Source: Takakia lepidozioides (Eukaryota > Plantae > Bryophyta). From it: a stretch of DNA of 64,000 nt. Location of the stretch: assembly GCA_030704615.1 (NCBI GenBank), contig CM060733.1:68758001-68822000 (forward strand). The letters run 5' to 3'. Positions 51,401 through 64,000 of this stretch are shown here, piece by piece. Numbering within the stretch: the first letter of the stretch is position 1; every line of letters starts with the position of its first letter. A program made the position numbers and the translations under genes. The notes beneath the pieces are model-generated. The model had not been told where the DNA came from, searched no databases, and saw only the letters and a list, made by a program, of their open reading frames with translations.

Positions 51401-52705
51401 CTCCCATGGGTGCCCCAGATTTCCTTCGGGTGTCCCAGACTAAAATCTAAATCAAATGGATACTCTTGCCATGATGCTCCCGGGATGCGCCTCAATTGTC
51501 GCTCCCATCACAGCGGAAATTCATTGGATACTCGAGGACCCTACTCATAATAGACGCTCCAACTATCATGGACCTAATACGCACCATTTGTATGATGAAC
51601 TAATGACCTAGAACATGGCTCCCAGGGACCTCTCATGGATTTTGCAGAGTCATGGTACAATACTTGACTTGATGTGAGTGGACACTCGAGGGCTCTCCCC
51701 GGGAGTATGCACCATCTCTAAATTCCTACATATAGGTCACAGGCCCTTTTGGGTTTTCCTGTGCCTGACTTTCCTCAACTCTTTGTGAGGGGAGCAGCAA
51801 CCACTGCTTTAAAGCTCACATTTTACCCCCTTCCTACTTTTCTGACTTTTCTCTCTCTATGAGGAATGTTGCAGCAGGGTAAGGTGGAATGACAAGAAGT
51901 TTTAAGGTTTAGAATCCCCGTACGGGAAGTCGCAGTGCTCCATATAGGGAGCATCAATATTGCAGAATGCTTGATACAGCAAGCATTTACTTTTTCCTTG
52001 ACATATGCACTAGCAGACACAGATATATTCTGTGATATAGAAAGATAAGTAATGATCGACAGTATGCATTGAACAAGAGTGCATGTATTAGTCAACCCAT
52101 TGTTCCCATTCCTGCACCTGTGATTCTTCACTTTGATGAAGAAGAAAAGAAACTCACAACGAGTGGTTAGCAACGAAAATGTGGAAGTCTTCTACCTTGG
52201 CAAATGGATGGTCATAGCTTTCCTAGCTTATGCCATATCAAACGAATCATATTTCCTAAAAAGTTGGGATAGATTATTGTACTCTATGTGCCCCGCATCC
52301 CAAGGTCTATCCTTGTAGACTCCAATAACTACCCAAAAATCAAACTGGGGAACAAAACACCTCTTTAATGCAACAACATTGCCCCGCATCCCAAGATCTA
52401 CTTCGGAACTCCAATAAAGGGTGTACAACAACTAATGGGTAAGAGCCCTACCGACTGCTTCCCAACGGAGTAGTTTCATTGGATTATTGCAACTTAGTTG
52501 CCCTGCACTCCACCTTGTTATGGAGCTCCAATAACCAATGAGTCAATGGATAGGAAATACCAACATCTCATTCCAAAAAAACGGGAAAAAATCCTAAAGA
52601 CTTTTCCCGACAGGACTAAGGCCACTAAGATCTCCCTTAGGACCTTTCCCTTAATTTGTTACGAGCTATACCAGACTGTCGTGTGGAAATATGGAAAACT
52701 GCAGA

Positions 52706-53065
52706 TTACATTTGCATGCATACCCCTTGGGTTACACTTATCAAACACCTCATGCGAGTGTAAGCCTCCCTCAAACTCCGAGTAGGCTTGCGCTGGAACT
52801 TTTGCAAGCTCTGCAACTTCTCTGTTCGCACCCCCTGGTAGTTCATTCTCAACTCTTCGAAGAACTCCACAACTGGGTTAAAGGCAGGCACAGGTGCTGG
52901 TGTTGCGGCAGGAGCTTGGGTGGACGTCCCAGCCCCTGTACTACTTGTCCCACTGCTGCTTGCAGAAGCTGCTGATGTAGCTGGTGTCATCGCTGCTTGT
53001 GCCTCTAGTGATGGAGACGTAATTAGGCGACCAATAGTGTCGCCACTCCCCAATCTCCACCGCAT
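52706..53065 (-). pseudogene. Retrotransposon gag-like fragment
   Basis: Ala/Pro/Ser linker followed by FFEELRMNYQG...LQSLQKFQRKPTRSLREAYTRM, resembling the retrotransposon gag Q-x3-ES-x2-EY-x2-R region. Confidence 0.5.
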
Positions 53066-53974
53066 GTCCCAGATGTTTCTTCCCAGAGGATATTCTCAAG
53101 GTGACTATGGCGGAGCAAGTGGAGGCTACGCCACAGTCAGGGTGGGCGGACAAGGTCCAAGAGGTTGCTATCTAGCAACCAAGGATGCGTCTCCTACTCC
53201 AAGCCTGGTGTACCCAAGGTTGCAGTCACTGCTGACATTTGGGAACCAGATGTTGGACCTATAGTCACCGGAGGAGAGAGACGGAGGATCCAGTAATTTC
53301 TAAGGGCTTATAGAAATTGCTTTACCTTCGGTTTGAAGGATTTGGGGAGTTTGAAGGGCCAGGAGATTCGTATTGATTTGAAAGTTGTTCCACCATTTTT
53401 TGAAGGCCCTACAAGTATAGTGACATGGAGAGATCTTTGATCCAGTCACGGACTATATTGGTTGCGACCTCCGCCACAACCTCTATCTTCCATTGGAACT
53501 GGCATGGCCATAGCTCAGCTGAGCTATGATTGCGGCTTTTACGTCTCTGTGTTATTACTGCAAATGCAGTTATGAAAGCCATTTATGACTGCCTGACTCT
53601 GAAGAAGTAGAAGCCGAGTCAATTGTGACGTGGCAGTTACAACTCCCCAGGCTTTCTATGACGTGGCACCTGAGCAGCGCGCTCATAGTCATACACGCTG
53701 ACTTTACTGAATGATTGAACGGACAGTGTAGTCCATGTCAGCCGGTGTGTAAGAGAGACACGTGCTTGATAGAAAAAATGACACGTGGCATAGTGCGCGC
53801 ATTCCATGACTGTCAACTATGACTACAAGCGAGACAATCCAGTTGCAGCACGTGGCACGTCGTAGTTTTTACACGTGGTCCCTCAGGAGGTTGACATATG
53901 TCACGATGGGTGTTTTTTTTGGTGTATTACTATTTTTTTACATATTATTAAACCACCTCCGATTTCCTAAACCA

Positions 53975-54480
53975 GAAATGCGGTTCCGCATTTCCAACAC
54001 GAAACAGGAAATGTGGTACCACATTTCCATCCATAAGCTGGAAATGAGGTTCCGCATATCCACACGCTTGTCAACGGAAATGCGGCACCGCATTTCTATA
54101 TTGGAGATGGAAATCCGGCAACTTCCTTTCCTGTGCCGGGCATGGAAAACCGGCTCCGCAATTCTTTGAACGGGACGGAAATGTCGTGCCGCATTTCCAT
54201 GTCCAATACGGAATGTTGTGCCGCATTTCCATGTCCAGGACGGAAATGCGGTGCCACATTTCCATGTTGAATATGGAAATTCGGTGCCACAATTCCATGC
54301 CAATATGGAAATGCGGTGCAGCATTTCCAAAACGTATGCCATAAAATTGTGAACCTGCGCACCCATTTCCGTTCTGGAGACTGAAATGCGGCGCCGCATT
54401 TGCGGTCGACCTGCACATCATAGGTGAAGCATGCAAACGTATATGCAGGGGAATATCGGAAATGCAGTGCCGCATTTCCC
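53975..54480. repeat. Degenerate array of copy-A-type palindromes GGAAATGCGGCRCCGCATTTCC
   Basis: About 12 decayed copies, e.g. 54076, 54242, 54308, 54383, 54459. Confidence 0.85.
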
Positions 54481-54853
54481 AACCGGGGCCACTTGTGCAT
54501 GTGCCTCATTTCCATGTGGATGGCCAAAACCCATGGCTTTCCTCACAGAATTGATAGAAACAGACATGACAATTTCCGTTTCTGCAAAGACCCATTTTTT
54601 CCGCGACATGACGGCTATGATATCGCTCTTCTGTTGATTGATATGGAGAGAGACATTGGATAAATGACATGACAAATTGCCGACCGTTGGCCAGAAAGAG
54701 TCGTGCAAAAAATACAATGAAACTGAAATGCACATTACATAGGAGTGAGGGCACGATGGGTTGTTTTTGATCGATCACGGTGTCTCACATTAAGCAAGTC
54801 TACACCACATATGGTCCATGCAAATCTAAACCCTGAAGCCTTCTGAGTGGGAG

Positions 54854-55435
54854 TCACCAAGTCGACAGAACTTCGATATGCCTGAAGATGAGGTCATGAG
54901 TGATGCGGCACCTCCACGTAAACTACATTCCAGTCGTGCTGGTGCCCTTGCTGGAGCTGACGACAATGTCGTGCCCATCAATGATACCACCATCATACAT
55001 TGAAAGGGTCACCGTGGGCCTCATGTGCCCGTGCGATTTGTCCTCGATACTCAGGCGAATGTCCCCATACAGTGGAAAAGCGGAGTGGACTCGTGAACGA
55101 ATATAGTTCTCCCCGATGCAGTCCTCCCTTTGCCACTGGCAGCAGTTCCAGCGGAAAAGCATGGCCGTGCGTGATCTATCCGGCTGCCCACCGTAGTTGG
55201 GTATATCCAGGTCAACAATGTGCAGGACCCACGGTTTCGATAGACCCTCACCCTCACCCCGCTCAAAACGGTAGTAGTCCACCAAATATTCCATGGCGCT
55301 CAATGATTCCCGCTTCACTCCAGAAGCGTCAGTGAAAACTGAGAGCCAAACAATGATGTCTCCCGATTTCGGTGTGAACATAGCTTGGTCGTGACCATGA
55401 TAAGGGCAGCCGGCAGGATTGCTGCGGCACGACAT
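54854..55435 (-). pseudogene. ORF-S homologue (copy D) with one premature stop
   Basis: MSCRSNPAGCP...FTPKSGDI...WNCCQW...GHDIVV. TAG at 54923-54925, after which the frame continues FTWR...IEVLSTW*, matching the end of 39989-40555. Confidence 0.75.
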
Positions 55436-55699
55436 CCTTGCAAAAGTGTCGCGCGGGACGCTGAAGGAAGAGTACTGCTGGAGGCAAGAATCTGTGCATG
55501 GAGATGACAATGAGTTTGCAAACGCTGCCCTTCATTACTTATACTCTAGCACATATTTGAATTCCCCCCTCACTGGAACTTGCACGGATGAAGATTGGTG
55601 GCTCCATGGATATAGCCGTTTCAGTTTCCATCCGTGCCATGCAAACAATGCGCTGTAATTCTCACCCGGTTTGCCAGGTATGCCTATCGCCCCCTGAAA

Positions 55700-55950
55700 C
55701 GATTTCATCCAACTCCCCTTGGATGGAAATGCGGCGCCGTATTTCCATCCGGGGGGATGAACTTCGCTGCCAGGTGGCCCTTTTTTCCCCCGAGACCATT
55801 TCAGCCAACCCACCTTGGATGGAAATTTGGCGCCCATATTTCCATCCGGGGGCCTCAAGTTGGGTGACAGCTGTGCTTCTCTCCCCCCGAGAAGGTTTCA
55901 TCAAACTCCCACCGGATGGAAATACAGCGCCGCATTTCCATCCGAGGGGC
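55700..55950. repeat. Short 96-bp-period palindrome array upstream of ORF-S copy D
   Basis: ggatggaaat...gcgcc...tttccatccg near 55721, 55817 and 55914. Confidence 0.85.
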
Positions 55951-56118
55951 TCGCGATTGGCTCTCATCCTCCCCCCTTACGGTATATAGTTTATTCCAGT
56001 GGTGGCTTTCTTCACATCCCCATTTCCATCCGCCGTTATTTGCTCATTCCTTCCGTCATTTCTATGGCGGGTGGTCGAGAAGGTTGCCCTGGGCTTAAAC
56101 AAGAAGGAGGTTACTCTG

Positions 56119-56618
56119 NNNNNNNNNNNNNNNNNNNNNNNNNNNNNNNNNNNNNNNNNNNNNNNNNNNNNNNNNNNNNNNNNNNNNNNNNNNNNNNNNN
56201 NNNNNNNNNNNNNNNNNNNNNNNNNNNNNNNNNNNNNNNNNNNNNNNNNNNNNNNNNNNNNNNNNNNNNNNNNNNNNNNNNNNNNNNNNNNNNNNNNNNN
56301 NNNNNNNNNNNNNNNNNNNNNNNNNNNNNNNNNNNNNNNNNNNNNNNNNNNNNNNNNNNNNNNNNNNNNNNNNNNNNNNNNNNNNNNNNNNNNNNNNNNN
56401 NNNNNNNNNNNNNNNNNNNNNNNNNNNNNNNNNNNNNNNNNNNNNNNNNNNNNNNNNNNNNNNNNNNNNNNNNNNNNNNNNNNNNNNNNNNNNNNNNNNN
56501 NNNNNNNNNNNNNNNNNNNNNNNNNNNNNNNNNNNNNNNNNNNNNNNNNNNNNNNNNNNNNNNNNNNNNNNNNNNNNNNNNNNNNNNNNNNNNNNNNNNN
56601 NNNNNNNNNNNNNNNNNN
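56119..56618. other. Assembly gap (500 N)
   Basis: Run of n characters. Confidence 1.
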
Positions 56619-57822
56619 GTCTTCCGATATAATTCTGGCCAAGGCCATCTTATGGGCGGCTTGGAGCTGTATCTGTTTGGGTTTGGCACCCGGTCTCAAC
56701 TTAACCTCCTCCTGAATGAGCTGCTCTGCCTCGTGGGCAGCCTCCCGCGAGTTCCCCCTCGCCATTTGTGACAATGGGAACCAACGTGTATGCAAGCTCG
56801 GGTGAGGTCAGGGAAACGGTGCAACACATAGAACTGCTTGGCATTACAAACAGACATGCAGTGTGGTGGTTCTTTGCAATGCGCACACTTAAATGTGGAG
56901 TTCGGAACCTTCTCCTGAGCACGAAATGGTTGATGAGCTGTGCTTGTCCAATCGGTCTCGTTCCTGTGACCTCTGGATTTAAAATGGAAGCAAGTTGGGG
57001 AGAAACACCGCAACGCGCCCGCACAAACAACGTAGCGCACCCGCACACCATCGAGCATCTTCATGCTGGTGGTTTTGGTGACGCACCAAGGATGACCATC
57101 ATGTTTTCTATCCATATCTGTCAACATTCCGAACGCCCTCGAGTAGTCCGTCCGAGGAGGGAACTCAAAGAAGATATTACCGTTGACGTCTACGGGAAGG
57201 CATGTAACCAATTTAATTGTGAACTTGCTGTAGTCCAGCCCGGCCAGCTCCGAGCGGTGTCCCTCCATGTGAAGCCCTCGCAGAATTTCAAGAATAGATC
57301 GAACTGCGGTGCTCGTGCTGGGAATATGACTCCCTCGTCTACTGACGTCCATTGAGGACTTGCCTGATCTCCAGGACGACCTCGGAACTGCCATGACCTC
57401 GTCTGAGTCGGACAGGTTGTGAACAACCCGGTTCTCGCTCGTCTGAGTCGGACAGGTTGTGAACAACCCGGTTCTCGCTCGTCTTCATGGATGGGTTTGG
57501 CTCTGGATTTACTTCGTTGCGAACTTCTCTCTTTGAGGTAGCCACTCTCTGATTCGCGGATTGTTTCGTGGAAGGCGCCAGGATAGAAGGTGCATTTGGC
57601 GGGCAAATGAAGTCCCCAACAGCCTTGTATATGACGTTGTCCGATGGTGGAACTCGCCATTCCCTGCCATCGCCGAAATCATCGTGGAGCACAACAATAC
57701 TCTCGACAACAATCCAACAAGCCAACTATCTCAAAAATCCACAGTCAGAGTGTTAATGAACCTTGTCTCAGGAATGTGGCCCCTGGTCTTTGCGCAATAA
57801 CTGCCAACGGTATGCAGTTAGA
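56619..57822 (-). pseudogene. Mutator-like transposase N-terminal part, copy C
   Basis: EWRVPPSDNVIYKAVG (compare copy A EWHVPPSDTILYRAVG), DGHPWCVTKT, CAHCKEPP, KPKQIQLQAAHK. A 40-bp tandem duplication at 57401-57480 shifts the frame. Confidence 0.88.
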
Positions 57823-57869
57823 AAGTGGGGGGCCGTCCGGATGATGTCGGCTGAAGGGGAGAAGCCGGC

Positions 57870-59395
57870 ACCGTGCCGTCACATTACTACCCCCAGATGA
57901 AAATTCGGCACCGAATATCCAGCAGGGGCTGCACGTATGAAGTCGCCTCGGGCAGAGAGGCCGGAACGTGTCCGACAGAGAACAACCCCCGGATGGAAAT
58001 TCAGCGCCGAATTTCCATTCGGATCCCCCCAAAGGAAGTCGTGTCGGGGGGTCAGGCCGAAAACTGGCCGACATAAAAACCTCCCCGGATGGAAAAATGG
58101 CGCGGAATTTCCATCCGAGGCCGTTTGGATGCAGTCGGCTCGGGGGAAAGGCCGCCACCTGGCCCTCACGTTACAACCCCCGGACGGAAATTCGGCACCG
58201 AATATCCAACAGTGGAAGCCCGGATGAAGTCGCCTCGGGCGTAGAGGCCGGCGCGTGTTCGACAGAGAGCATCCCCCGGATGGAGATTCGGCACCGAATT
58301 TCCATCCGGGCCCCCCCAAACGAAGTCATGCCGGGGGGGCAGGCCGAAAACTGGCCGACATAAAAACCTCTCTAGATGGGAAAACGGCGCCGAATTTCCA
58401 TCCGGGGCCATTCCGATGCAGTCGGGGAGGGGGGAGAGGCCGGCACCTGGCCGTCACATTTCAACCCCCGGACGGAAATTCGGCACCGAATATCCAACAG
58501 GTGACGCCCGAACGAAGTCGCCTCGGGCGTAGAGGCCGGCACCGGTCCGACAGAGACCATCCCCCGGATGGAAATTCGCCGCCGAATTTCCATCCGGGCC
58601 CCCTCAAAGGAAGTCCGGTCGGGTGATGAGGCCCAAAACTGGACGATATAAAAACCGAACAGGATGGAAAAACGGCGCCGAATTTCCGTCCGAGGCCGTT
58701 CGGATTTCCCTCTAGCAGTCAAGGATTCCATGAAAAACGTGTCTAAAAGTGGACTTCAGCCACAAAACTAACAGTTTACTTTGTTTTTCTCCAAGAAACC
58801 AAGCGGCCACGCTCAGAATTACCTGCAGGAAGGTAATTCGGCGCTTCGACTTACCTGGCGAATGGAAATTCGGCGCCGAATTTCCATCCGCCAGCGATCC
58901 GAGTTACCTGCTGGATGGAAATTCGGCGCCGAATTTCCATCCATCCGCTCTCCGACGAACCTGGCGGATGGAAATCCGGCGCCGGATTTCCATCCATCCG
59001 GCTCCGAATTACCTGCGTGGCGGAAATTTCGCGCGCCGCCCTACCTGACAGGATGGAAATCCGGCGCCGGATTTCCATCCATCCGGCTCCGAATTACCTG
59101 CGTGGCGGAAATTTTGCGCACCGCCCTACCTGGCAGTTAGGAAATCCGGCGCCGGATTTCCATCCATCCGGCTCCGAATTACCTGCGTGGCGGAAATTTC
59201 GCGTGCCGCCCTACCTGACAGGATGGAAATCCGGCGCCGGATTTCCATCCATCCGGCTCCGAATTACCTGCGTGGCGGAAATTTCGCGCGACGCCCTACC
59301 TGGCAGGATGGAAATTCGGCGCTGAATTTCCATCCTGCTGCTCTCCGAATTACCTGCATGACAGAAATTTTGCGCGCCGCCGTACCTGGCGGATG
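57870..59395. repeat. Two-part palindrome array: ~96-bp units (57870-58700) then ~85-bp units with the 30-bp perfect palindrome GGATGGAAATCCGGCGCCGGATTTCCATCC (58860-59395)
   Basis: Cores near 57897, 57991, 58087, 58182, 58278, 58375, 58471, 58566, 58662; then 58966, 59051, 59136, 59221, 59306. Confidence 0.95.
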
Positions 59396-59551
59396 GGCAT
59401 TAAATATCCACCGCCGTCCGTTTTTATTTGGGCTGGCGACACATGGCTTCCTCGATACGTACCCTAAATCTGATGCTAATCTTGGATTAACTTCTATTCG
59501 AGGCATGTACCCCAAAAAAACTGAGATCTTTTTCCATTTTGGCTGGGACTT

Positions 59552-62116
59552 ATGCCGCCTGAAGGGCGTGGCTCTCCTGAGAGAGACCTCACATTCAGAC
59601 CGCGGCGGAAGTTGAAAGCTTTGTACTACGGACGACGGCCAATCTCTCGCATGGCCAAACTTAAGCTCCAGCAGGAGATTCCAGCGTCTTGCTCACAACC
59701 CACGCCAACTGAAGCCGAGTACTCTCAGGCAAGCCACTTCTGCTTTCGCTTTGTTCGCTTTCGCTTTTGCTTTCGCTTTGTTTTTGCATCTTCATCCTGG
59801 CATCGCTGGAAGCATGTCATTCTTAGGCATTGGTTGGATTTGTTTTCATTGTTGTTCCATGGCACCCCATACTTCCTAAACTTGTTTTGTTTTCATTGTT
59901 GTTCCACGATTGTTGCTATGGTGGTTGCGCTGCTCGTTGCGATGCTGGTTTTGGCACCGATATTGGTTCTGACGATTTTGGGAATGACAGAGTGACGATG
60001 AGCCCGGCACGCTGGTGGTATCATCGACCGCTCCAACTCATCGCATTTTTGAATCGCCCAACTTGGGGCGAGAGGGCAAACTTCAACCTTTTGTTGGGGA
60101 CGGGGAGGACCTGCAGCGAGGGTACGACAGAATAGGCATTGGGGAGGTTGGTGCAGGCAGCATGGCAGGTGAAGGGCGTGAGGACGTGAGGACAGCAGAT
60201 CCGGCAATGGAGGTTGTGATGCACATGCAGTAGGGCCCGCCCACGCAAAGAAGAAGAAGAAAGCTAAGCACATGCAATCCCCGGCGAGAGAGCCGTCACG
60301 GGCTGCGGAGGGGGGAGTAAGCAGTGCGCGCGAGGGTGTTCCTTCTCCTCAATCAAAGGTGGTCGTCCTGGAGGGCTCCCCTGCTGCTAGCCCTAGTAAG
60401 AAACATAAAGCCCGTGAGAGGGCAAAAGAGAGGGCAAAAGAACAGGCGAGACAGAAAGCTAGCCAGGAGGAAAGAGAAAAGGCCACCGAAGAGGCCAGGG
60501 GTGCCCAAATGACAGATGCCAATGTAAGCGAGGGACGCACAGAGACGGTGGATCCCTCCAAGACACCACAAGAGGCAGTAACACACCGGTTACACCATCG
60601 CGGACAAGAGCAGCCCCCGCAATTACCCATACGGTGGAGAGTGGAGGAGAGGAAAGAACACCACAGAGAGCACGGATTGTGCAAGTTCGAGGTGAAGCCG
60701 GGGAGATGGCAGTAGTAGAGACAGGGAGAGTGCTCAAGGTGGTTTCGCCGGTGGTTCACCATGTTGAGGAGGACGACACCGAGCTTTCTGACCATGATGA
60801 CATCCTCCTGGACATCCCCAGGCCCCAAACCCGCAGCATACAAGCTGGATTTGGCGGTCCTGGTGGGCTGCCGGAGGACCCTCTGCAGCAGACGTCATGT
60901 CCGAGGCGGATATGAAGTTGGCCGCTGCCAAGATGTTGGAGACCAACCCACAGCAACATTGGCAGGGTGCTGGGGGGCATGGTTGTACCGGCCAAGCTTC
61001 GAATTCCCCTTTGCCACTTGGTGTCTTTGCAGGTGGTGAGACCTGCCCTCCCAGGCGATATCGACAAGCTGAAATTCTCTTTCCGGGATGGATATCGAAT
61101 GGGGTCTGCCGCGTTTTACGTTTCCATTGAGAACGACCACGGAGCTTCCCGTGCCCACACTTCCGATGAGGTGGACAAATGGGGTCCCCATTGGCAAAGG
61201 CGAAATGAGGAGTTCGAGAGATCAATTGTTACTGATCCTCTTTTCCAGCACTTGTCCGGAAAGATGTTTTACGTGTGGGACGGCAATCATCGCCTCCTGG
61301 CATGGATGGAGCACATAGTCGAAGCCCACCCCAACGACCTCGATTGGCATTTCGCGTGGAGTGTGTTGTGCTGAAGGTTGCGGGGCCCAAAGATCGCAGT
61401 CTTCTCAAAGCTGCAATGGTGGACATCAACTCGTAAGTTACAACGCCTCTTGCTTTTGGACCCATCCGATTGTAAGTCAGTTCATTGCGAATCCTCATAT
61501 TTGTTGTAAATTCCCATTTCAGAATTGTTTGATGGAAATGTGGCATTGCAGGGTGACTGAGAATGCCTTCGTTGCCACCAACTTGTCCCATATGCTCTTC
61601 CGAGTGAAGGATGTCGGGAAGCAGGGGGTGCAAGAGTTTGCCAATTCGCTCAGTGCCGACCTCCTGCGCAAGTCGGAGGCAAAGGCAGACAGAACCTGGT
61701 ATAGGCTAAGCATGGACACCATGGTGGACTACATATTTCGGGTAAAGCTCCTGACTGTTTTGTTGAGCTAATCTGTCTCTCCTCCCCCAATAGAAGAAAA
61801 AGTGTTGAGCAGGATCTCTAATCTTATGTGCGCATTCTTGACAAACCAAAATTCAGCAGGATTTGGCACATGCGCGGAGGTTCTACATGGAGTCAGAGGA
61901 GAAGAATCTAACCCTCCCGGCACTCGAATCGTATCTCAAAACTGCGGAGGTGAGGGCCCGCATAAAGTACAAGTCGCGGATGGTAAAGTACGTGGCCATA
62001 GCTGATCCCGCCCTTGGTGCCGACTTTCTGGTGGAGGTGGGGAAGCACTACTCCCGCGATGACATTGGAGAAGCTCCATCGTCTAGCCACATCCTGTGTG
62101 GATGGTGCAGAAAAGG
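59552..62116 (+). pseudogene. ParB-MTase cargo gene, copy C: 5' exons including the ParB-like domain; MTase exons not present in the window
   Basis: MPPEGRGSPER...RRKLKALYYGRR. GSAAFYVSIEN...LSGKMFYVWDGNHRLLAW (61267-61305). DINS|VTENAFV...ADRTWYRLSMD, DLAHARRFYMESE...AIADPALG. Intron positions match copy A. Confidence 0.78.
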
Positions 62117-62126
62117 TGATACATTC

Positions 62127-63232
62127 TTAACCAAATTGTGGTGGCAACAACTCGTTTTTGTGGTGTTTGGCGCTTACGAATATGCTGGGTGGTTGGACGA
62201 AATCCTTACCCATAAGCCGGTGATAAGCTTGGGTTCGGATGTGCTTCACACAAAGAAAACATACGTTGTTGTTAGCCTTATCAAGACGAGACATGTACAA
62301 GTGTTTAAGAAGCCAATCCAGTTCCTCCCGAGCTTCTTTTTTGACAAGTGGGTTACCCTCATGATGAGAGTAATTGCACCGTGTCAAACTGGCTTTTTTC
62401 TTCAGCCTGTCCCAACATGTAACCTTCAACCATTGACAACATTCTACTATCCAGGGTTCTGAATTGTTCACATGAAGAATGTCACATGTTTTAGAGAAGG
62501 CAGAAGCTATCTCTATAACAACATCCTTTATTAAGGTTTTTTTCAGTGGAATGTGGTTCATACCTAGGCTGAAGAGTTCTCTCAGCTTGGGATGTCTTAT
62601 AATGTTCAGATCCATAGTTCTGACATGTTGTATGGGGGCAGAATCAGTCATTTAAATCTCAGCCAAAGTATCCACATCACAAAAAGCCTTGAACCTCTTG
62701 GCTGTATTGCAGAGGCAAGGGGGAGATTCAATCAGATCAGGTAGGAAGTTAAAGTCACGAAAAATAGATGCAGGCAGATAGTACTCTGTACTACTCTGCT
62801 TATGGTATGTCCATCCAAACATCACTTCCTCAATTAACATAGCCAGGTCAGTCTGTCCGAAATTCAAGAATGCTTCTTTTATCATACCCTTAGGACTTAT
62901 CCATTCCATAGCCCGGTTAGGGTACACCATGTGTACAAAACCAATTGGGGCTGGTTTTGATGCATGGGTGATGAAGTTCCGGCCATGGGCATGTATCTCA
63001 ATTCTTCTGATTCCATCTTCTTGAAAAAACATTTCATCTGCCCAACCAAAGTAGAGTTGCATACCATGAGAGAGGCGGTTACAGGTCCATCCACGAGTTG
63101 AAGTCTCTCTTGTGGATTGGGGAGAACTCCCCGTTGCCTTGCCTATTTCGAAAAGGCTCTTGGCTGGCGATATTGATAGTAGTGCTGGAACTGGAACCTG
63201 AACCTCCAAAAGGAGTTCTGGTCATTGTCTTC
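62127..63232 (-). mobile_element. Penelope-like retroelement N-terminal ORF fragment, in an intron position of copy C
   Basis: CLC...HVRTMDLNIIRHPKLRELFSLGMNHIP...LDKANNNVCFLC resembles the PLE pre-RT region (CxC, GDLxII..LR.L..G.N, DKA-NN motif). One in-frame stop at 62652-62654; the RT core is absent. Confidence 0.6.
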
Positions 63233-64000
63233 GGGGGCTGCTATTTCATGAGCCATGAGCCATGAGCCATGAGCAGAGTCGTAAGTGTCGAAAAAAACAT
63301 GAGCAGGACTATTTTCCGGAAATGAGTGTCCGCGGGAATAGGGTTTAGGGTGTCACGGTCATAGGGGGAGAAGGACCTCCCGATGAAGGAGGTTCGGCGA
63401 TGTTTTTTAGAATTACATATTGAAATGCAATGTTTCGCGAATGGTAGGGTGGTACTGATCTGTACAATGGGGGCCCATTTCAGCCTACCAGCCACTTGCA
63501 ATATCCACCCACACTCCCAATCCCAAACGAAATGAGAAATGACGCATTTTTGGAACGATGGATACAGAATAGAACAAAAAGAGGGCACAATGGGGTTTTT
63601 ATTGATCCACATGAATTGCATTTGAAGCACGTCTACTGTGCTGATTGTGCAAACAAATCTTTAGCCCTGTGCCTTCTGAATACAAGTCACGTTGTCAATG
63701 GGACTTCGACTGCTCTGAGAACTAGCTCATGAGTCTTCGGGCTCCTCCAGGTAAACTGGATTGCAGCCGTTGTACCGCCCCTGTTGATGTTCACCACAAT
63801 GTCCTGCCCTTCAATCATACCACCATCGAATATGGAAAGCTTCACGTTTTCGCCGTCCACACCAATGCGAATGTCCCCATACAATGGAGAAGATGAGCGC
63901 ACTCCTTCAGGAGTATAAGTCTCTCCGATGGAGTCCACCCACGTCCACTGGCAGCAGTTCCACCGCAACAGCATAGCAGTGCGCATTCTTCTGCATGGGT
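63233..64000. mobile_element. Terminus of another family member (copy E) with adjacent ORF-S; runs off the window end
   Basis: GGGGGCTGCTATTTCATGAGC plus CCATGAGC repeats, homologous to 34532. Confidence 0.72.
63687..64000 (-). CDS. ORF-S homologue (copy E), 3' part
   Basis: RTAMLLRWNCCQW...SPLYGDI...SIFDGGMIEGQDIVV...THELVLRAVEV aligns with 39989-40555. Confidence 0.75.
   Translation of the reverse strand, partial: PCRRMRTAMLLRWNCCQWTWVDSIGETYTPEGVRSSSPLYGDIRIGVDGENVKLSIFDGGMIEGQDIVVNINRGGTTAAIQFTWRSPKTHELVLRAVEVPLTT

Larger units (their letters stand above)
56619..62120. mobile_element. Large Mutator-like transposon, copy C: transposase (-), palindrome array, ParB-MTase 5' exons (+)
   Basis: Same divergent architecture as copy A; the transposase is near-identical to copy B. 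Confidence 0.8.

Noticed and set aside
48424-51700. Possible polypurine tract and 3' LTR of the second Ty3 element (aaaaagggga near 50198, TG at 50217)
   Set aside because: There is no second LTR copy in the window to define boundaries and the tract is not adjacent to the TG, so it is left unannotated.

Overview
Repeat-rich eukaryotic nuclear DNA from a land plant (spliceosomal introns, a C2-type phospholipase D, a DYW-PPR remnant), with two 500-N assembly gaps (11155-11654, 56119-56618). The only intact host gene is a 10-exon PLD-delta-like gene on the minus strand (15873-28319), whose 6-kb sixth intron holds a rearranged LINE. The rest is nested mobile DNA: two Ty3/gypsy pol regions, a Penelope-like fragment, and five partial copies (A-E) of one large Mutator-like DNA transposon family. 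Pieced together across copies, that family has five parts: (i) a GCM/WRKY-like Zn + MULE DDE + SWIM transposase; (ii) a central 1.5-1.8 kb tandem array built on the palindrome GGAAA-N3-GGCGCC-N3-TTTCC; (iii) a divergently transcribed, intron-containing cargo gene fusing a ParB/Srx-like domain (VWDGNHR) to a beta-class N6A/N4C DNA methyltransferase fold with an atypical DIPD catalytic motif; (iv) a ~190-aa Cys/Trp-rich ORF of unknown function; (v) GGGGGCTGCTATTTCATGAGC/CATGAGC-repeat termini. This ParB-methyltransferase/palindrome-array transposon is the main candidate for an undescribed system. Every copy here is disrupted or truncated. Domain calls come from motif recognition by eye, not from database searches.
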